Shown: in pieces, positions 31,805-45,470 of the stretch
Layout: each line of letters begins with the position of its first letter
How positions within the stretch are numbered: the stretch's first letter is position 1
Assembly (NCBI GenBank): GCA_964016885.1
Contig: OZ024741.1
Span: 229,586,001-229,650,000, forward strand
Origin: Eledone cirrhosa
Taxonomy: Eukaryota
Reading direction: 5' to 3'
Length of the DNA: 64,000 bases
Program-made: the position numbers and the translations under genes
The notes under the pieces: generated by a model
The model's input: the letters and a program-made list of their open reading frames with translations, nothing else
Databases searched by the model: none
What the model was told of the DNA's origin: nothing

Positions 31805-32888
31805 ACTTGGGGAGGGTCATATTTGTGTAATATTGCCAGAATTAATAACAGAACACACTCACTGTTTGGTTGGTTTTCGCTTTTCCTCTGTGTCTTTTAT
31901 ATCGGTAATTTAATTTATTCGGTCCTCAATGTTGCCATTGACTGACCAACGGTCAACAAATACAGATACAATATAGACACAAACACATATATATAGTTTA
32001 TCAAAGTTCTTTCGTTGCACATCTGCAGCATCTGTAAAACTAGAAACGTAGTCTATAGCATAAGATGTACAGAGAGTACTTGCAGAAACATGACAAAAAC
32101 ATACATAGGGCGAGACAGCTCGTAGCATAGGTGAAAGGATAGACCAGCACTGGGGGGAACTAAAAGGACGAAAAAACGGTTCAGTACTATACGAACATGC
32201 CAGACAACAACACGACGGTAACATAGACAACATAGAAATTAGAATAATATCTAAACATAGAAATGACCCAGCAGATAGGCAAATCAGAGAGGCCAGTGAA
32301 ATAGAACTTAGAAGGCCAAGGCTAAACAGAAAAAATGAATGGAATAACAACAACACCCAAACAAACAACACTGACCTAAGAGAAGTATAAATAAATAAAT
32401 AAATAAATAAGTAAATAAATACATACACAAGCACAATAACAACAGACACATATAAACACACACTAGTAAAGATAGAATACATTAACCAATACACAGTCAC
32501 CAAATCACGAACACACAACAAACAAAACACTATACACACACGCAAACGCATGCGCACAGAAGACAAAATAAAATAAACAAATAAATAAATATATAAACAG
32601 ACTAAATAAAGATGGCATAGAAAATACAATGCAACGGGAGGAAACAATAGCACCACTGACGATGATGCAGATGTGCAACGAAAGAACTTTGATAAACTAT
32701 ATATATGTGTTTGTGACTATATTGTATCTGTATTTTTTTATCGTTGGTCAGTCAATGGCAACATTGAGGACCGAATAAATTAAATTACCGATATAAAAGA
32801 CACAGAAGCAAAAAGCGAAAACCAACCAAACAGTGAGTGTGTTCTGTTATTAATACTGGCAATATTACACAAATATGACCCTCCCCGT
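31805..32888 (+). mobile_element. Family E PLE remnant with 5' inverted 3' end
   Basis: ~31808-32032 is inverted relative to ~32661-32885; GIY-YIG remnant TYIG/ETARSIGERIDQH; HHR core CTGACGA..GAAA at 32656-32683. Confidence 0.85.
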
Positions 32889-32889
32889 T

Positions 32890-35180
32890 TATATATATAA
32901 CGGAGGAAATGTGGTAAGGAACCAGGTGGACCATAACGCTCCAAAGTACTCAATACTTAGGGTAGTAGAGTGGGTAATAGGAACGAGTAGGACCCCGACG
33001 GCTGAGCTCAAGCCGTTTCGACGGCTAATTCTGAACTAAATGAACATTTTTATCCTGGTATTTGAATAGCCGAGCTTCTCAAGGGGTAATTCCATATATG
33101 GTAAAAGTGATTGTCACAAGGATTGGTCAGAAGTTTGTTGTTGAGACATAATAATTCTATGATGGCAATTTGTGGAGGGAAGGGGTAGCTGAACCTGCCA
33201 GTAAGAGAAAGAGGGAGAGGGGGTGGAGGAGACCCAGTCATGCGTTGATAGTGCTGACTACAGCTGGGCATGGGGTCAAAGAAGATACTAGGGAGAGGGA
33301 GGAAGTCGAAACAATTAGTAAAACAATATGGGGTAAATATATAGAAAAATACCGAGAGTGTTAAAAAGCAATTAAATGTAAAAAAAAAAAAACAATTTCT
33401 GGTTACTACGACCTAAGTCTCTCACTGGTACTGCTAGGCTAAAGAAAGGTTTACTAGGTGGGACGGAATTATAATGAGACCCTTTTAAGAGGTATAAGTA
33501 ATAAACCGAGTATATCTTACGGTGACGAGTCAACAAGTGAGGGGCCAAAATATTAAAGAAACTACCACGAAATAATAAATAAAGGTTTCTACCCCAGGCA
33601 CAAGGCCAGCAACCACCCAGTGCAAAAAAGTAAACTAATACGAAATAATAATTCAGAATCCCGAAAAAGAATACTAATACTATCTCTAAGGGTGCTGCCA
33701 CGATACAAAAGTTCTAGTGCAAACTACATAAATGCTCGTACGAAGTATATGTAAAATTTGATACGGAAAATTAATTCAGAATCCCCTCCCTCAAAAAAAA
33801 TTAATACTGATATACGAGAAATTAAAGCAAAGATACCACTAAGAATTATAGAAAGCACGGAAACGATGTTAGAGGAGACGATGTTTTGTGCAAAGTTTGG
33901 TGTGGTGCTGTAAGAGAGTTTGATGGTATTGTTGTTAATTATGTTGTGGTAGCGGTGTTGTAGTGGGAAGTGTTTTTCAATGAGCCTAAAGAAGATTTTC
34001 CCGATAGGAGTTGTCACCTCGGCGTTGTGGGGAGGATTGAACCATGTTACATTGCGTGAGCGGCGGTGTCGCCTGCTGGTTCCGCTAATGGAAGCTGGAC
34101 AGTAGGATATTTCCTCCCGGAAACCACTCCACTTGAGGGCCTGATTGTAATAAGGCGCATATTCCTCGAATATCTGCTCATTAGCTGACAAACGGGATAT
34201 GCGGAGGGAGATGTTTTTAACAAGGTTATTGGTGATGTTCCTAGGATGGTTTGACCGGCGGTGGATGTAGTGCAGGTGTTCGTTAGGTTTCCTGTATGGG
34301 TAGTACAGATCATTATCGAGGTCAAGGGTAACGTCCAGGAAGTTTACTCGGGTCAGGGACGTTTGTAGTGTTATTTTAAATCCCCACTCGCGGAAGAAGC
34401 TGATTAATTGTTTACAGACCCGATCTGTACTACTGGGGTTGTACCCTTTAAGGGTAAGGAGCCCATCATCATGGTGCAATCCACCGCCGAATGCAGGAAA
34501 CATATCGGTGAGTTTGGCTATTAGGAATAATCCTATAAGATCTGTGACCTCAGCCGAATCCGTCGCGCCCATGCTGACGTCGAAGGGTGAGTCGGGAGCT
34601 CTCTTTATCCATTTGGAGTTGTCGAAGAGTAAGACTGTCTTCCTGGCGTGGAGGATGATGTTTCTTTCCTGGTCGGTGATGGGCACAAGTGCTTCGGCGA
34701 AGTCCAAGGCAGCCGTAAGTAGCGGTAAGGTGATTGAAGCATAGTAACTCTCTATGTCAAACTAGATGAATTTAGTGTCTCGTTTTTCCTCCATATTGCT
34801 GAACCATGAGATTACTTCCTGGGTGTTGACCCATAGGCTAAGTCGGGCGTGTTGCTTAACTTTTGGTATAACGTGGTCTAGGATTTTGTTGCTGATTCTC
34901 CCTATGTCGGACTTCGTTGGGTTTATAAGCCTGATAGAAGGTTTACGGTCGAAATCGGATTTGTGGTCCTTCAGTGTGAAGTAGGGTGTCCGTGGGTCTA
35001 GGGGCTCCGTGCGGTCGGCGACCCTGAGGCTGGAGGTAATTTGTTGTCCATCTCGATTTATGTCCTCAATGCATGAGTGGTTAGCTTTTTATAGGTGGAG
35101 TTTAGCCTGCTCTTAATCAGTGTGTGGTATCTGTCGGGGTTGACAAAGTAGAGGTTACCAGTTTTATCCGAGTGCACCAT
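32890..35180 (-). mobile_element. Naiad-type PLE (family G), 5'-truncated, endonuclease region apparently deleted
   Basis: RT motifs HSDKTGNLY, IRLINPTKSDIG, FDVSMGATDSAEVTDLIG, GLHHDD; homology stops after SYSTTPNFAQNIVSSN (~33866) and runs into the 3' UTR shared with 54660-56116. Confidence 0.85.
32992..33087 (-). ncRNA. Type I hammerhead with U3:A8 core (family G)
   Basis: ACCCC-TTGAGAA-(CGGCTA..TAGCCG)-GAAA-CGGCT..AGCCGT-C-GGGGT. Confidence 0.8.
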
Positions 35181-35204
35181 GATATATATATATATATATA
35201 TATA

Positions 35205-35546
35205 TAGGTGTACCCCCCTGTATTCGTGGAATTTTCCTTAGAACCTAACTAATAATTGTTCGTGGAAACCACCACTTATTCACGATATCGTAAATGTCTT
35301 CGCGATACTTTATGGCTTTTTTGTGGTAATATATATTTTTACCGCTAAATTATTAATAACAATATACCGTATTTGCCGGCCTACTGTATGCCCTTTCCCA
35401 TTAGACGCTTCCTCTTTTTTTGTTATATTTTACGTTATATTTTGATGTTTATAGGCATTTTTATGTACCACGCCCAATATTCACGGTTTTTCACTCTTCG
35501 CCGGTGCTCTAGGGACGTAACCCCTGCGAATACCGGGGGGCTACTG
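35205..35546. mobile_element. Tigger/pogo-like MITE
   Basis: Imperfect TIRs (GGTGTACCCCCCTGTATTCG / CGAATACCGGGGGGCTACTG) with TA at both ends. Confidence 0.6.
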
Positions 35547-35808
35547 TATATATATTCGTGAGTGATGGTATCCACCACGTTTAGAACGAAAAAAAATGTT
35601 TATATATATAGGTGTGTGTGTGTTTACGAAGCTAGTCGAAACAAATCAGTGCAGCTCCGGTAATCAATTATTCATTCAATGATAAGGTTTGTACGTTAGA
35701 AATACAAACCCATTATTCAGTGCATTCAGAAATACAAACCCATTATACAAGCATCAGTAATATAAACGACTTTGTATATCATACAAACCCGGTCTAATAA
35801 TCAGTTTA

Positions 35809-37039
35809 TCCCTCGCTGTGTCCCGACTATTTCGTCCTTACTGCTTCCTCTTTCTCTGTATCTTTACCCTCTCTAACAGTCACTCTCTCTGTTAGCCTCT
35901 TCCTCACCCTTCACTCACTCACTCTCTGTTATTACCTCTCCTCCCCCTCCTTCTTCCCGTTTGACCTGTGCGTAATTCTTTTCTTTCGCACCCTTGGTCA
36001 GGCAGGTATCCTTTTTTTTCTCTCTCTCGTCTACGATTTCACAGAACTTATGTTTACCGAATTCACAGACTAGATTCCTTCTTCCTCCCGTTAGACCTGT
36101 ACGAAATTCCTTCCTTGCTCACATTCCAACCAGGTTTGATGGTCTTTATTCTCTCTCGTTCACGATTTCACCGAACTTATATTCATGGAAATTTGGAACT
36201 TGACTCCTTCTTCCTCATTTTTCGTTGCTTCACCATCTTTGTTTGTTTACACTCTCGTGTCCCCTTTATTTTCGTGTCCCAACGACTTTTTTTAGCCGTT
36301 GCTCGCACCAACCGGAGGTATATGGTCTTTAAAGCGATGAAATACCAATGATGGTTGTAAGATCACTGATGAAGGATTAACTTTATTCATATGTAACCCA
36401 TTAGCAACCACGCAGCATGTTTATTGTCATATTTACACATATTTTTTCCCTCGCTGTGACCCGTCTATTTCGTTCTTACTGCTTCCTCTTTCTCTGTATC
36501 TTTACCCTCTCTAACAGTCACTCTCTCTGTTAGCCTCTTCCTCACCCTTCACTCACTCACTCTCTGTTATTACCTCTCCTCCCCCTCCTTCTTCCCGTTT
36601 GACCTGTGCGTAATTCTTTTCTTTCGCACCCTTGGTCAGGCAGGTATCCTTTTTTTTCTCTCTCTCGTCTACGATTTCACAGAACTTATGTTTCACAGAA
36701 CTTATGTTTACCGAATTCACAGACTAGATTCCTTCTTCCTCCCGTTAGACCTGTACGGAATTCCTTCCTTGCTCACATTCCAACCAGGTTTGGTGGCCTT
36801 TATTCTCTCTCATTCACGATTTCACCGAACTTATATTCATGGAAATTTGGGACTTGACTCCTTCTTCCTCACATTTCGTTGCTTCACCATCTTTGTTTGT
36901 TTACACTCTCGTGTCCCCTTTATTTACTTGTCCCAACGACTTTTTTTAGCCGTTGCTCGCACCAACCGGAGGTATATGGTCTTTAAAGCGATGAAATACC
37001 AATGATGGTTGGAAGATCACTGATGAAGGGCTAACTTTA

Positions 37040-37045
<6 letters not shown>
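35809..37045 (+). repeat. ~638-bp tandem duplication (~1.9 copies), non-coding, each with CTGATGA near its end
   Basis: TCCCTCGCTGTG at 35809 and 36447; CTGATGAAGG at 36366 and 37020; ends in (TA)n. Confidence 0.9.
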
Positions 37046-37105
<60 letters not shown>

Positions 37106-37182
37106 CCAATTACAAGTATGAAAATAGTTCAGTGTAAAATACCAAGTATATTGTAGCATACCCAATATATTGTATTATAATA

Positions 37183-37356
37183 ATTGTTTCTACTTTTGGC
37201 ACAAGACCAGCAGTTACCCCAGTGCATTACTGGTACTTTATTTTATTGACACCGCATGAAAGGCAAAGCTAACTTCAGCGGGATTTGAACTCAGATCGTA
37301 AAGGGCTGTAACTCTGTGCTGTAAAGCATGGCATTCGACGCTCTACCGATCCTGTC
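37183..37356 (-). mobile_element. Nin/Deu-domain tRNA SINE copy
   Basis: Homologous to 13369-13541. Confidence 0.85.
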
Positions 37357-37384
37357 AATCTACTGTTCTATATATATATTATAA

Positions 37385-39045
37385 TAATAAAATCTAGGCG
37401 ACACGATAGCACACGCAAATAGGACAAAAATACGCAAACACATGATAGCGCCACAACCAACCACTAGCACAACCCAGAACGAAACAACACACACAACACA
37501 ACAACCTACATGCCAGGCCCACACAGAATATGAACAACCGACAACGTGGCAACAAACCCATAACCCCCAACTGCAACTGCAAAAAACAGGTAGAATGCCC
37601 ACTAAACGGGGAGTGCCTCGTTAAAACATTATTTACCGGTGCGATGTCACAGTGGGCCAAAAAGAGTACTCCTACATAGGGGCGACCTCAACTACGTTTA
37701 AGGAACGCTGGGTTAACCACAAAAGCTCCTTCAAACACAGGCCCAAACGATCCCAAACAAAACTGGCGGACTTGATCTGGAACCTCAAGGACAAGAACAT
37801 GGAATACCAGATGAAGTGGTCAGTTAAAAGACATGTGGCCCAACTCCTCAACGACAAAAACCAAACCAATGCCTGACCGAAGCGGCTGAGATCATTAAAT
37901 TGAAATCTGCCATAACCTCAAGATCTGGCATAATTATAAACTGCAAACACACCAGAATGACCACCTTCTCTGCACAAATATTCGGCCGAGGGATAACCAC
38001 TAACCCTAACCCAACATAGGGATAACCACCGTCCCTCATCTCAATACATTTGTCTTCTATAACAGGTAACCCATGGTAAGATCAGATCTTGTAAATATCA
38101 TGTCGCACCCTTCACCCCACCACCACCAACAAACACATCGCCATACATCCCTCATCTCAATACTATTGTGTTCTGTCTTCTCTGTCAGGTATTAACTTGT
38201 AACCCATCGTAAAATCCGATCCTGTAAATATGATGTCGAACAAATCATTCCCACCACCAAACACCACCAAACACATCGCCATACGTCCACCATCCCTCAG
38301 TCTAGTATCCCGTGTTCTCTATGTCACTTTTTAACCTGTAATCCATCGTAAAATTCGACCCTGCAAATATCAAGTTGCAACCACCACCACGACCACCACC
38401 AGACACATCGCCGTACTTACACAACCATCAACATCACCAACACACGCATGTGTGTGTGTCTGTGTGTAAGTATATTTCTGTATCTCCTTATGGAAATGAA
38501 ACCACGAACACAATCATCACACCACCATAAACACGTGAACCTTTCATCTTTATCACAAACAACAACACCACACCCACGCCACACACAAAAATCAGCCACA
38601 TCTACATGCCAAAGTGTCTATCGACAGCCAGCATCCCCACACCACCGCCCACTTCAACCTGCGAACGACACCACCAACTTTTCACCACACCCACCCCTCA
38701 CGTACGCTCCAGGCAAAAACATCCCTATGAACTAATCCACCAATCAAAACAACCTTTAATGACCACCATTGGAACTTCTGACTTTATCATACAGCATGTA
38801 TTCATTCTTCCATTAACATTACAAGGGGTCTGCCGAGCCGCGGATTACAGAGTCAGGTCAGATCGATACAAATCGAACCTTGACCTGATCAGTGGCGAAA
38901 CGCGAGTCACCAACCAATAAACGTAATGAAGGAGTAACCAGTCGTACTTGTTATCTTATTTCACTATAATACACTCTGAAGTGAACCTAAACATCGAGTG
39001 CTCACCCGGGTGAACCTACAGTAACTCCAAGTTACACTCCCTGGA
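37385..39045 (+). mobile_element. 5'-truncated Naiad-type PLE (family H)
   Basis: NCNCKKQVECPLNGECL, YSYIGATSTTFKERWVNHKSSF; 3' UTR with ~120-bp degenerate repeats; HHR-like motif; TA tracts at both ends. Confidence 0.85.
38827..38911 (+). ncRNA. Type I hammerhead-like motif with long stem II and A6C core (family H)
   Basis: GGT-CTGCCGA-GCCGC..TCAGGTCA/TGACCTGA..GTGGC-GAAAC(GCGA)GT-C-ACC. Confidence 0.65.
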
Positions 39046-39453
39046 TATATATATATATATCAATAATATTAATAAATGGAAACTATCTTTATAAAACCAT
39101 ATTTATTTTATCATATATATTTCAAGGGTACCAAAATTTGTTGGTATGCTCCCATCAGATAAAATAAAAAAGTTGTTTTATGGATAGTGACATATTCAAG
39201 AACAAGAACTTATCGTTTTAAGTTCTGTTTGAATAGTGAAAGAAATTCAAATCTTAGGATGAATATGTTAATGAGGGTAACGTAAAGTTGAAAAAGATCG
39301 TTATATTTAGACGCTAGGTAAATTTAAATAATTATTAGTGTTATGTTATAAGGGAAGAAGAAAGAGAGGTTAATATTAGGGTGTAAGAAAATTTAAGGGA
39401 AGAATATAAGAAAAAATATATATTATAGTTAGAAATAGACTATTATTATTAAT

Positions 39454-39626
39454 GGCAGTATCGGTAGAGGGTCGGACGCCATGCTTTCCAGCATAGTTAC
39501 GTCCCTTTACAATCTGAGTTCAAATCCCGCCGAGGTTGACTTTGCCTTTCATCCTTACGGGGTCGATAAAATAAAGTACCAGTAATGCACTGGGTAATTG
39601 CTGGCCTTGTGCCTAAAGTAGAAACA
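39454..39626 (+). mobile_element. Nin/Deu-domain tRNA SINE copy
   Basis: Homologous to 13369-13541; TSD ATTATTATTAAT (39442-39453 / 39627-39638). Confidence 0.85.
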
Positions 39627-40036
39627 ATTATTATTAATATATAAATGGCTGTCCTTGTGCCAAAAGTAGAAATAATTATTAATATATAAATGTATGGATC
39701 GTATTAGTTATGGTGTAATGAGAGTGAAATAATTATATTTATTTATTTAATTATATAATTATATATTTTGGCAGTATTTATAATATAATATGAGAATTAT
39801 AAATGTGTTAAAGTGGTAGAATCTCAAATTTAAAAAAATGAGAGATACTACTAATTATTGGGTCTATCTAATATTGAGTTTTAGTATTATAGAGATAATA
39901 TTTCTAAGTATATTTTATGAAGAATTAGGTTTGTAAGTATATTTTATTTTATTATATTACAATATGTTATTTATATAAATATTCATATAAATAATTTTGG
40001 TGAGTATATATGTTGTTTTTATTAATAGATAGATAA

Positions 40037-42027
40037 CACTGGTCAACAGCCAAAATGGTTCTTACATGTGAATATGTGCATCTTACTAATTTCATAGCAC
40101 TAAATTCAGTTTTGATATTCATTTTTTGCTATCGGACCAGAATACCTTAATATGAGATCGAAAATATGTTCCTCGTATTGCATTATGTATCCATTGTGTA
40201 ACATATGATGACTTAGATATAAACATATTAACTTATTAATAAAAATATATAAACATATTTTTATTTATTTTTTTTAACACTTAGTATATTAACAAAACAT
40301 TTCTAAACAACATTCTGAACATAGCAAAATATTTCAAAACATTTCTAAACAAATTTCTGGATTTTGCTTTTACGCTTGTTTTTCTGACTCTCCTCACGTT
40401 GCAGTGTCCAGCAGTAGTCGCCCATCATGTTGGGATTGAACCGACCCTGATACCTACTCTCCACTATGAAACCTGGTGAAACCTCTCTCTCCAAGTTCAT
40501 CACTGATGTCTCCTAGATTACTTGGGAACAAATCCAGATGAGAATGGAAGAAATAAAGCTTCAACGACATTCGTGAACCCAGAGCGCGATATTTTTGTAT
40601 CATGGTTTCAACAATTTCTTTATAGTTGTCTTCGCGGTGGTTTCCAAGAAGGTTCTGTGTCACATCTACAAATGATTTCCATGCATTAGTCTCCAAAGGG
40701 TTTAATGTTTTCGTAAACTCACTATCATTAACCAGCATACGAATCTGAGGACCATTCAAAACCCTTGCTTTTAACTTTGCTTCAGATACCACTCTACCCA
40801 ATTTCTTACATAAGTACTGAAACCCATTACCTGTATGATCCATGCTTTTAATAAAGTTTTTGGCCAAGCCTAATTTGAGATGTCATGGAGGGAGGAATAC
40901 TTTTTCTGGATCCACGAAAGGTTTGTACAGACAGTTGAATCTATGGGTGCATCCTTTGGTCTTGTTGGCCAATCCTTCTTCATGTAGTGCTCCGCATCTG
41001 CTCTACTATTCCACAAACATAGAATACACATATGCTTTGTGTAACCAGTCTGAAGACCTAGAAGTAGACTAATTAAGTTGTTTATGACGAAGACGAGTGG
41101 TTGTAATGCCGACGCCAGGTTCCAGCAGGTTTCGTTGCTTCAGTCTTGATCCCAGGAGCTCTACCTTTTCTTTAGACAAATGTAGGTCTTTAATGAGATC
41201 GTGAAGAGCTTCCTGGTAAAATGGTATGGGTTCACTTGTCTCATGTTCGTCTTGATAGTCATCATCAATAGGGGTGCTACTGGAATCAGAATCAGAGATT
41301 AGCTCGTGTTCAGCAGGTGGAACTGGAACAGGTAATTCGTCACTGTGAGGTGCTGGTCGGATTGCTGACGAGATATCGGGGTATTGAAGTGTAGTTCGTG
41401 TCTTCACAGTTATTCCTTGGATGTTTATATGGCAGAAGTAACAATCGTTATCGTGGTCTTTTGGTTCTCGCCACACCATTGGTATGGCAAATGGCAAACC
41501 AGAGCTTCGTTTCCCATTCTTCCATTCACTTAGGTGATTAACACATGACCTACACGCTATATGAGGCGCCCAGTTCTTATCCTGGTCTCCTAATGGACAT
41601 TTGAAGTAGCATTTGTAGTTTACTCGAACTACTTTTGTGATTGGTTTCTTTATGCTTTCTGGGGTAAAGAGTCCACAAATATAGCAAAATCGGTCCGGGT
41701 CATTTACACATTTCCGGCGTTCCATCTCTCCCACTAGTCAAAGTTGTTGTGAATTATCCAAGAATAGGTGAGGATAGTTACAATTCTGTGATCTAAAACA
41801 AAAGCAGTAAATATAAATTAGTTAACAACTAAATATAGTGGATACAATTGGATGAAGTAATATGAGCCACATAGCTATGGGTCATAAACATGGATATGCT
41901 GGTTCTTGAAAACTAGACCCGATACAGCTTAACCGTTGTCATATTCAGATTCTGCACACTTGATTACCCTAGAATCATACTAAATTATACCAGAACCATG
42001 AAATGAATATTTTTTTGTTGACCAGTG
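40037..42027 (-). mobile_element. Chapaev3-type (CMC superfamily) DNA transposon
   Basis: 12-bp TIR CACTGGTCAACA / TGTTGACCAGTG; 3-bp TSD TAA (40034-40036 / 42028-42030). Confidence 0.85.
40350..41734 (-). pseudogene. Chapaev3-like transposase, disrupted and probably internally deleted
   Basis: CVNDPDRFCYICG, LGDQDKNWAPHIAC..C, PMVWREP.DH..DCYFC, KLGLAKNFIK, GPQIR, MSLKL..HSHLD.FP.NLG..SDE.GER, YQG..MMGDYCWTL. Confidence 0.85.
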
Positions 42028-44668
42028 TAATTTAAACATTTTTTATATGTGAATAGTTACGATGAATTTCCTGTTTACATTTTCAATATATATTTAAGAA
42101 AAAGGAAGTAGTTCTATTTTATTACAGAAGATTATTTTGTACATTCAATATTTGCGTCAAGATAGGAATACATTTACAATTTACGAACTTAACGAAAATT
42201 ATACAACAAAATTTTAATATTTATGTAAAGTTTCGATGTTACTTAGAAGAAATGTTTAATTATAAAGGAAAAGATAACTCCAATATCTCTTAGTTAAAAT
42301 ATTTATATTTACCGATTAATTCTAGAATTTACTTTAAAAAAAATATTCCAATCAAGATATATGTAAAACATATGTAAAAATATATATTATTTTATATATG
42401 ATTTTACATATCATATATTACATATTTTCTAAGATAAAAATTATTTTATATATGTATTTAGATAGCATTCCTTATATGTATGCATATGTTAGTGATATTA
42501 AGCATATACATGTATTGATGTCTATATAGTCTATTAGGAAGAAATATTCCAGACATTAAAAGTATATTCAGAAACATCACTAAAACCATCACAAAAAGGT
42601 ATATTTAAAAATATCATTTAGAAAAATCATTTAAAAGGGATGCCATTTTGAAAAATATCATTTAAAAAGAAAAGAAAAATATCATTAAAAAAAACATCAC
42701 AAAACATCATCAAAACATAGTGAAGATATATAAGATGTAAACAAGTGAGATATAGATAATATTTTCTATAGATTATAGATGCTTCTGAACGTCTTGGCTT
42801 GGCGAGATTTGCGCCATGTTTCGGTATGCGGGCGCTTTCGAAATCGTTCCCCAAGAGATTGAGTAGTCGATATTATTGTCTTTTAAGTACCAAATCAAAT
42901 GTGAAAGTGATGTTGAACATTTTTTGTCTGATCTATTAAATGTATGTTTGTGATTACACCAGCGTTCCTTAAATTTTGTAGATGTGGCTCCTATATAGTT
43001 ATATATTTTATCTCTAGTTTTTATTGTGCATTTATATACTAAGTTTTTATCTAGATAATTATTCAGTAAAGGGCAATTTGAGTCGTTTCTACAGTTACAT
43101 TTTCTAGAGTTGTTGTCTATAGGAACGGTACGATTGTTATTAGTATTAATACTGTTATTAGTAATATTAATATTGTTATTTTGATTTATTTGGGTTGGGT
43201 TTAAATTTAAGTTTCTATTATTAATTCTATTAATATTTTGCGCTATGTTCATAGTAGTAGAGTAAGATAGTTTTATAGTATGTCTGTTAAAAATAGAGTG
43301 GTATTTATGGGATTTAGGAAAACACTTATCTAATACTTTGAAAAATAGGTTTGCTACAGGTGTTTTAACTCCTAATGAGATTGGGAGAGAGTACCAAACA
43401 ATATTTCTAGTTCTAGTTCTTTTGTTTGATTTACTATTTATGTTAAATTGCTTATTATAGTAAATTTTAGGATGATTTTGCATGTTATTGTTATCTAAGT
43501 ATTTAATTTTATTCATGTAACCAGCTCTATGTAAAGCATCATTGTAATAATCTGCCTTATTATCAAAAATATTTTTTATTGGCTGAGTTGCGTGAAATAC
43601 GTTGATGGACACTATTGACAATAGCATTTTTGACATTTCTAGGATGGGTAGAATGGAAGCTTACGTAGTTTAGGTTTTCGTTAATTTTATGGAAAGGGTG
43701 ATACAGTCCTGAGCTAAGGTTTAAAGTGACGTCTAAGAAGTTAACAGTTTTATTATTATCCTCGATTTCTAATTTAACAACCACCACTGCCATCACCACT
43801 ATCAACATCACCGCCACCAATACAAGTAAAACCTCCAATACTACCACAATCGCATCCACCAACACTTACCAGTAAAACCACCCACACTACCACATTCGCA
43901 TCCACCAATACTTACCTGTTTAGTGTAACTACCAACACAAGTGTTCTGGGTTTGTATCAGACTAAAGTGTATATATATGAATGTGTGTGTGTGAATGAAG
44001 TATTTCCGTCGGAAATGTACAGGAAAAAAGAGTGCTCTATGTAGGCTACCGAGCTTATTAGTTATGTAATAAACAACATAAGATAATTATTTCATTTACC
44101 AGTGGTTTCTTGAAGGCAGATGTTATGTCTGTCTTCAGTCGTCAGAATGAATAATTAACATGGCATTTTTATTAAATATGGATTTGAAAACAAAATTTAG
44201 GAAATATGAAAGTGAGGCTGAAAAAAACGGGCAAAACGAAAATAGGGGGAAAAAATATAAAAAATATATATAAAAAAAATAAATATCCAGAACATAAACA
44301 TACACACACTCAACTACGCGCATATACGTAATACTACGTAGACGTATACTTTCTCACATAAGCGAATTTGCGTCTACATAGAAATACGAACAGGAACATA
44401 AATACATACACATACATATACACAGATATATATGCACTCAAATATGTACACACAAATACACACGCACGCATATAAAAAGGGCGTGTACACACACATATAA
44501 ACATACATACAAACACAAAAACAAAAAGCTTTATACATAAGCGCACGTGTATATACACATACATATATATATATATGTACACACACACACGTACACATAC
44601 ATACACATACACACATATATACACGCATACACACACACACACATACATATATACATATATATATACAC

Positions 44669-44754
<86 letters not shown>

Positions 44755-44851
44755 TATATATATATACGTGTCTGCGTGTGTATATATATATATGTATATA
44801 TACATATGTGTGTGTGTGAGTATGTATGTGTATGTGTGTGTGTGTGGGTCG

Positions 44852-44917
<66 letters not shown>

Positions 44918-45039
44918 AGCAGACATATTTCAACATTAACTACGACCTTTTAACTGCAATTACTCAATTCGAAATTCCGAGACTGAAATTTTTTTGTTAT
45001 TGTTGTTTTTATTACTGTGGGGTGAAGGAAGGTGGCTAG

Positions 45040-45470
45040 TGTGTTATATTAGTGGTGGTAAGAATGAAGTTGTGGGTGAGTGATAGTGTTGGTGGTGGTG
45101 GTGTTAATGATGGTTGTTGCGGCGGCGGCGGTGGTGGTGGCTGCGGCGGCGGCGGTGGTTGGCGGCGGTGGCGGCGGTGGCGGCGGTGGCGGCGGTGGTG
45201 GTGGTGGTGCTGCTGGAGCTCATTGTGATGAGGATGTTTCGTACTGGTGGAATTAACCAGAGACTTAACAATGTTGGTGATGGTAGTTGTTGTGGTGGTG
45301 GTGGTGCTGCTGCTGCTGTTGCTGATGCTGGTGGTGGTGGTGGTGGTGGTGGTGGTGGTGGTGGTGGTGGTGGTGGTGGTGGCAGTGGTGGTGATGCTGG
45401 TCCTGGTGCTGGTGCTGGTGGTGCCGGTGGTAGTGTCATCACTGCTGCAGTAGTTGTGATAGTGATGACG
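45040..45470. repeat. (GGT)n/(GGC)n/(GCT)n trinucleotide low-complexity tract
   Basis: Direct inspection. Confidence 0.9.

Larger units (their letters stand above)
39060..43775 (-). mobile_element. 5'-truncated Naiad-type PLE (family B relative) interrupted by a SINE and a Chapaev3
   Basis: Coding 43770-42770 (VNFLDVTLNL, KCNCRNDSNCPL, YIGATSTKFKERWCNH); 3' end matches 3036-3140, including HHR ~39102-39170 with a CTGATGG core. Confidence 0.85.

Noticed and set aside
31910-32656. 248-aa hydrophobic minus-strand ORF (similar ones at 15887 and 54880)
   Set aside because: Antisense of A-rich PLE endonuclease and UTR sequence.
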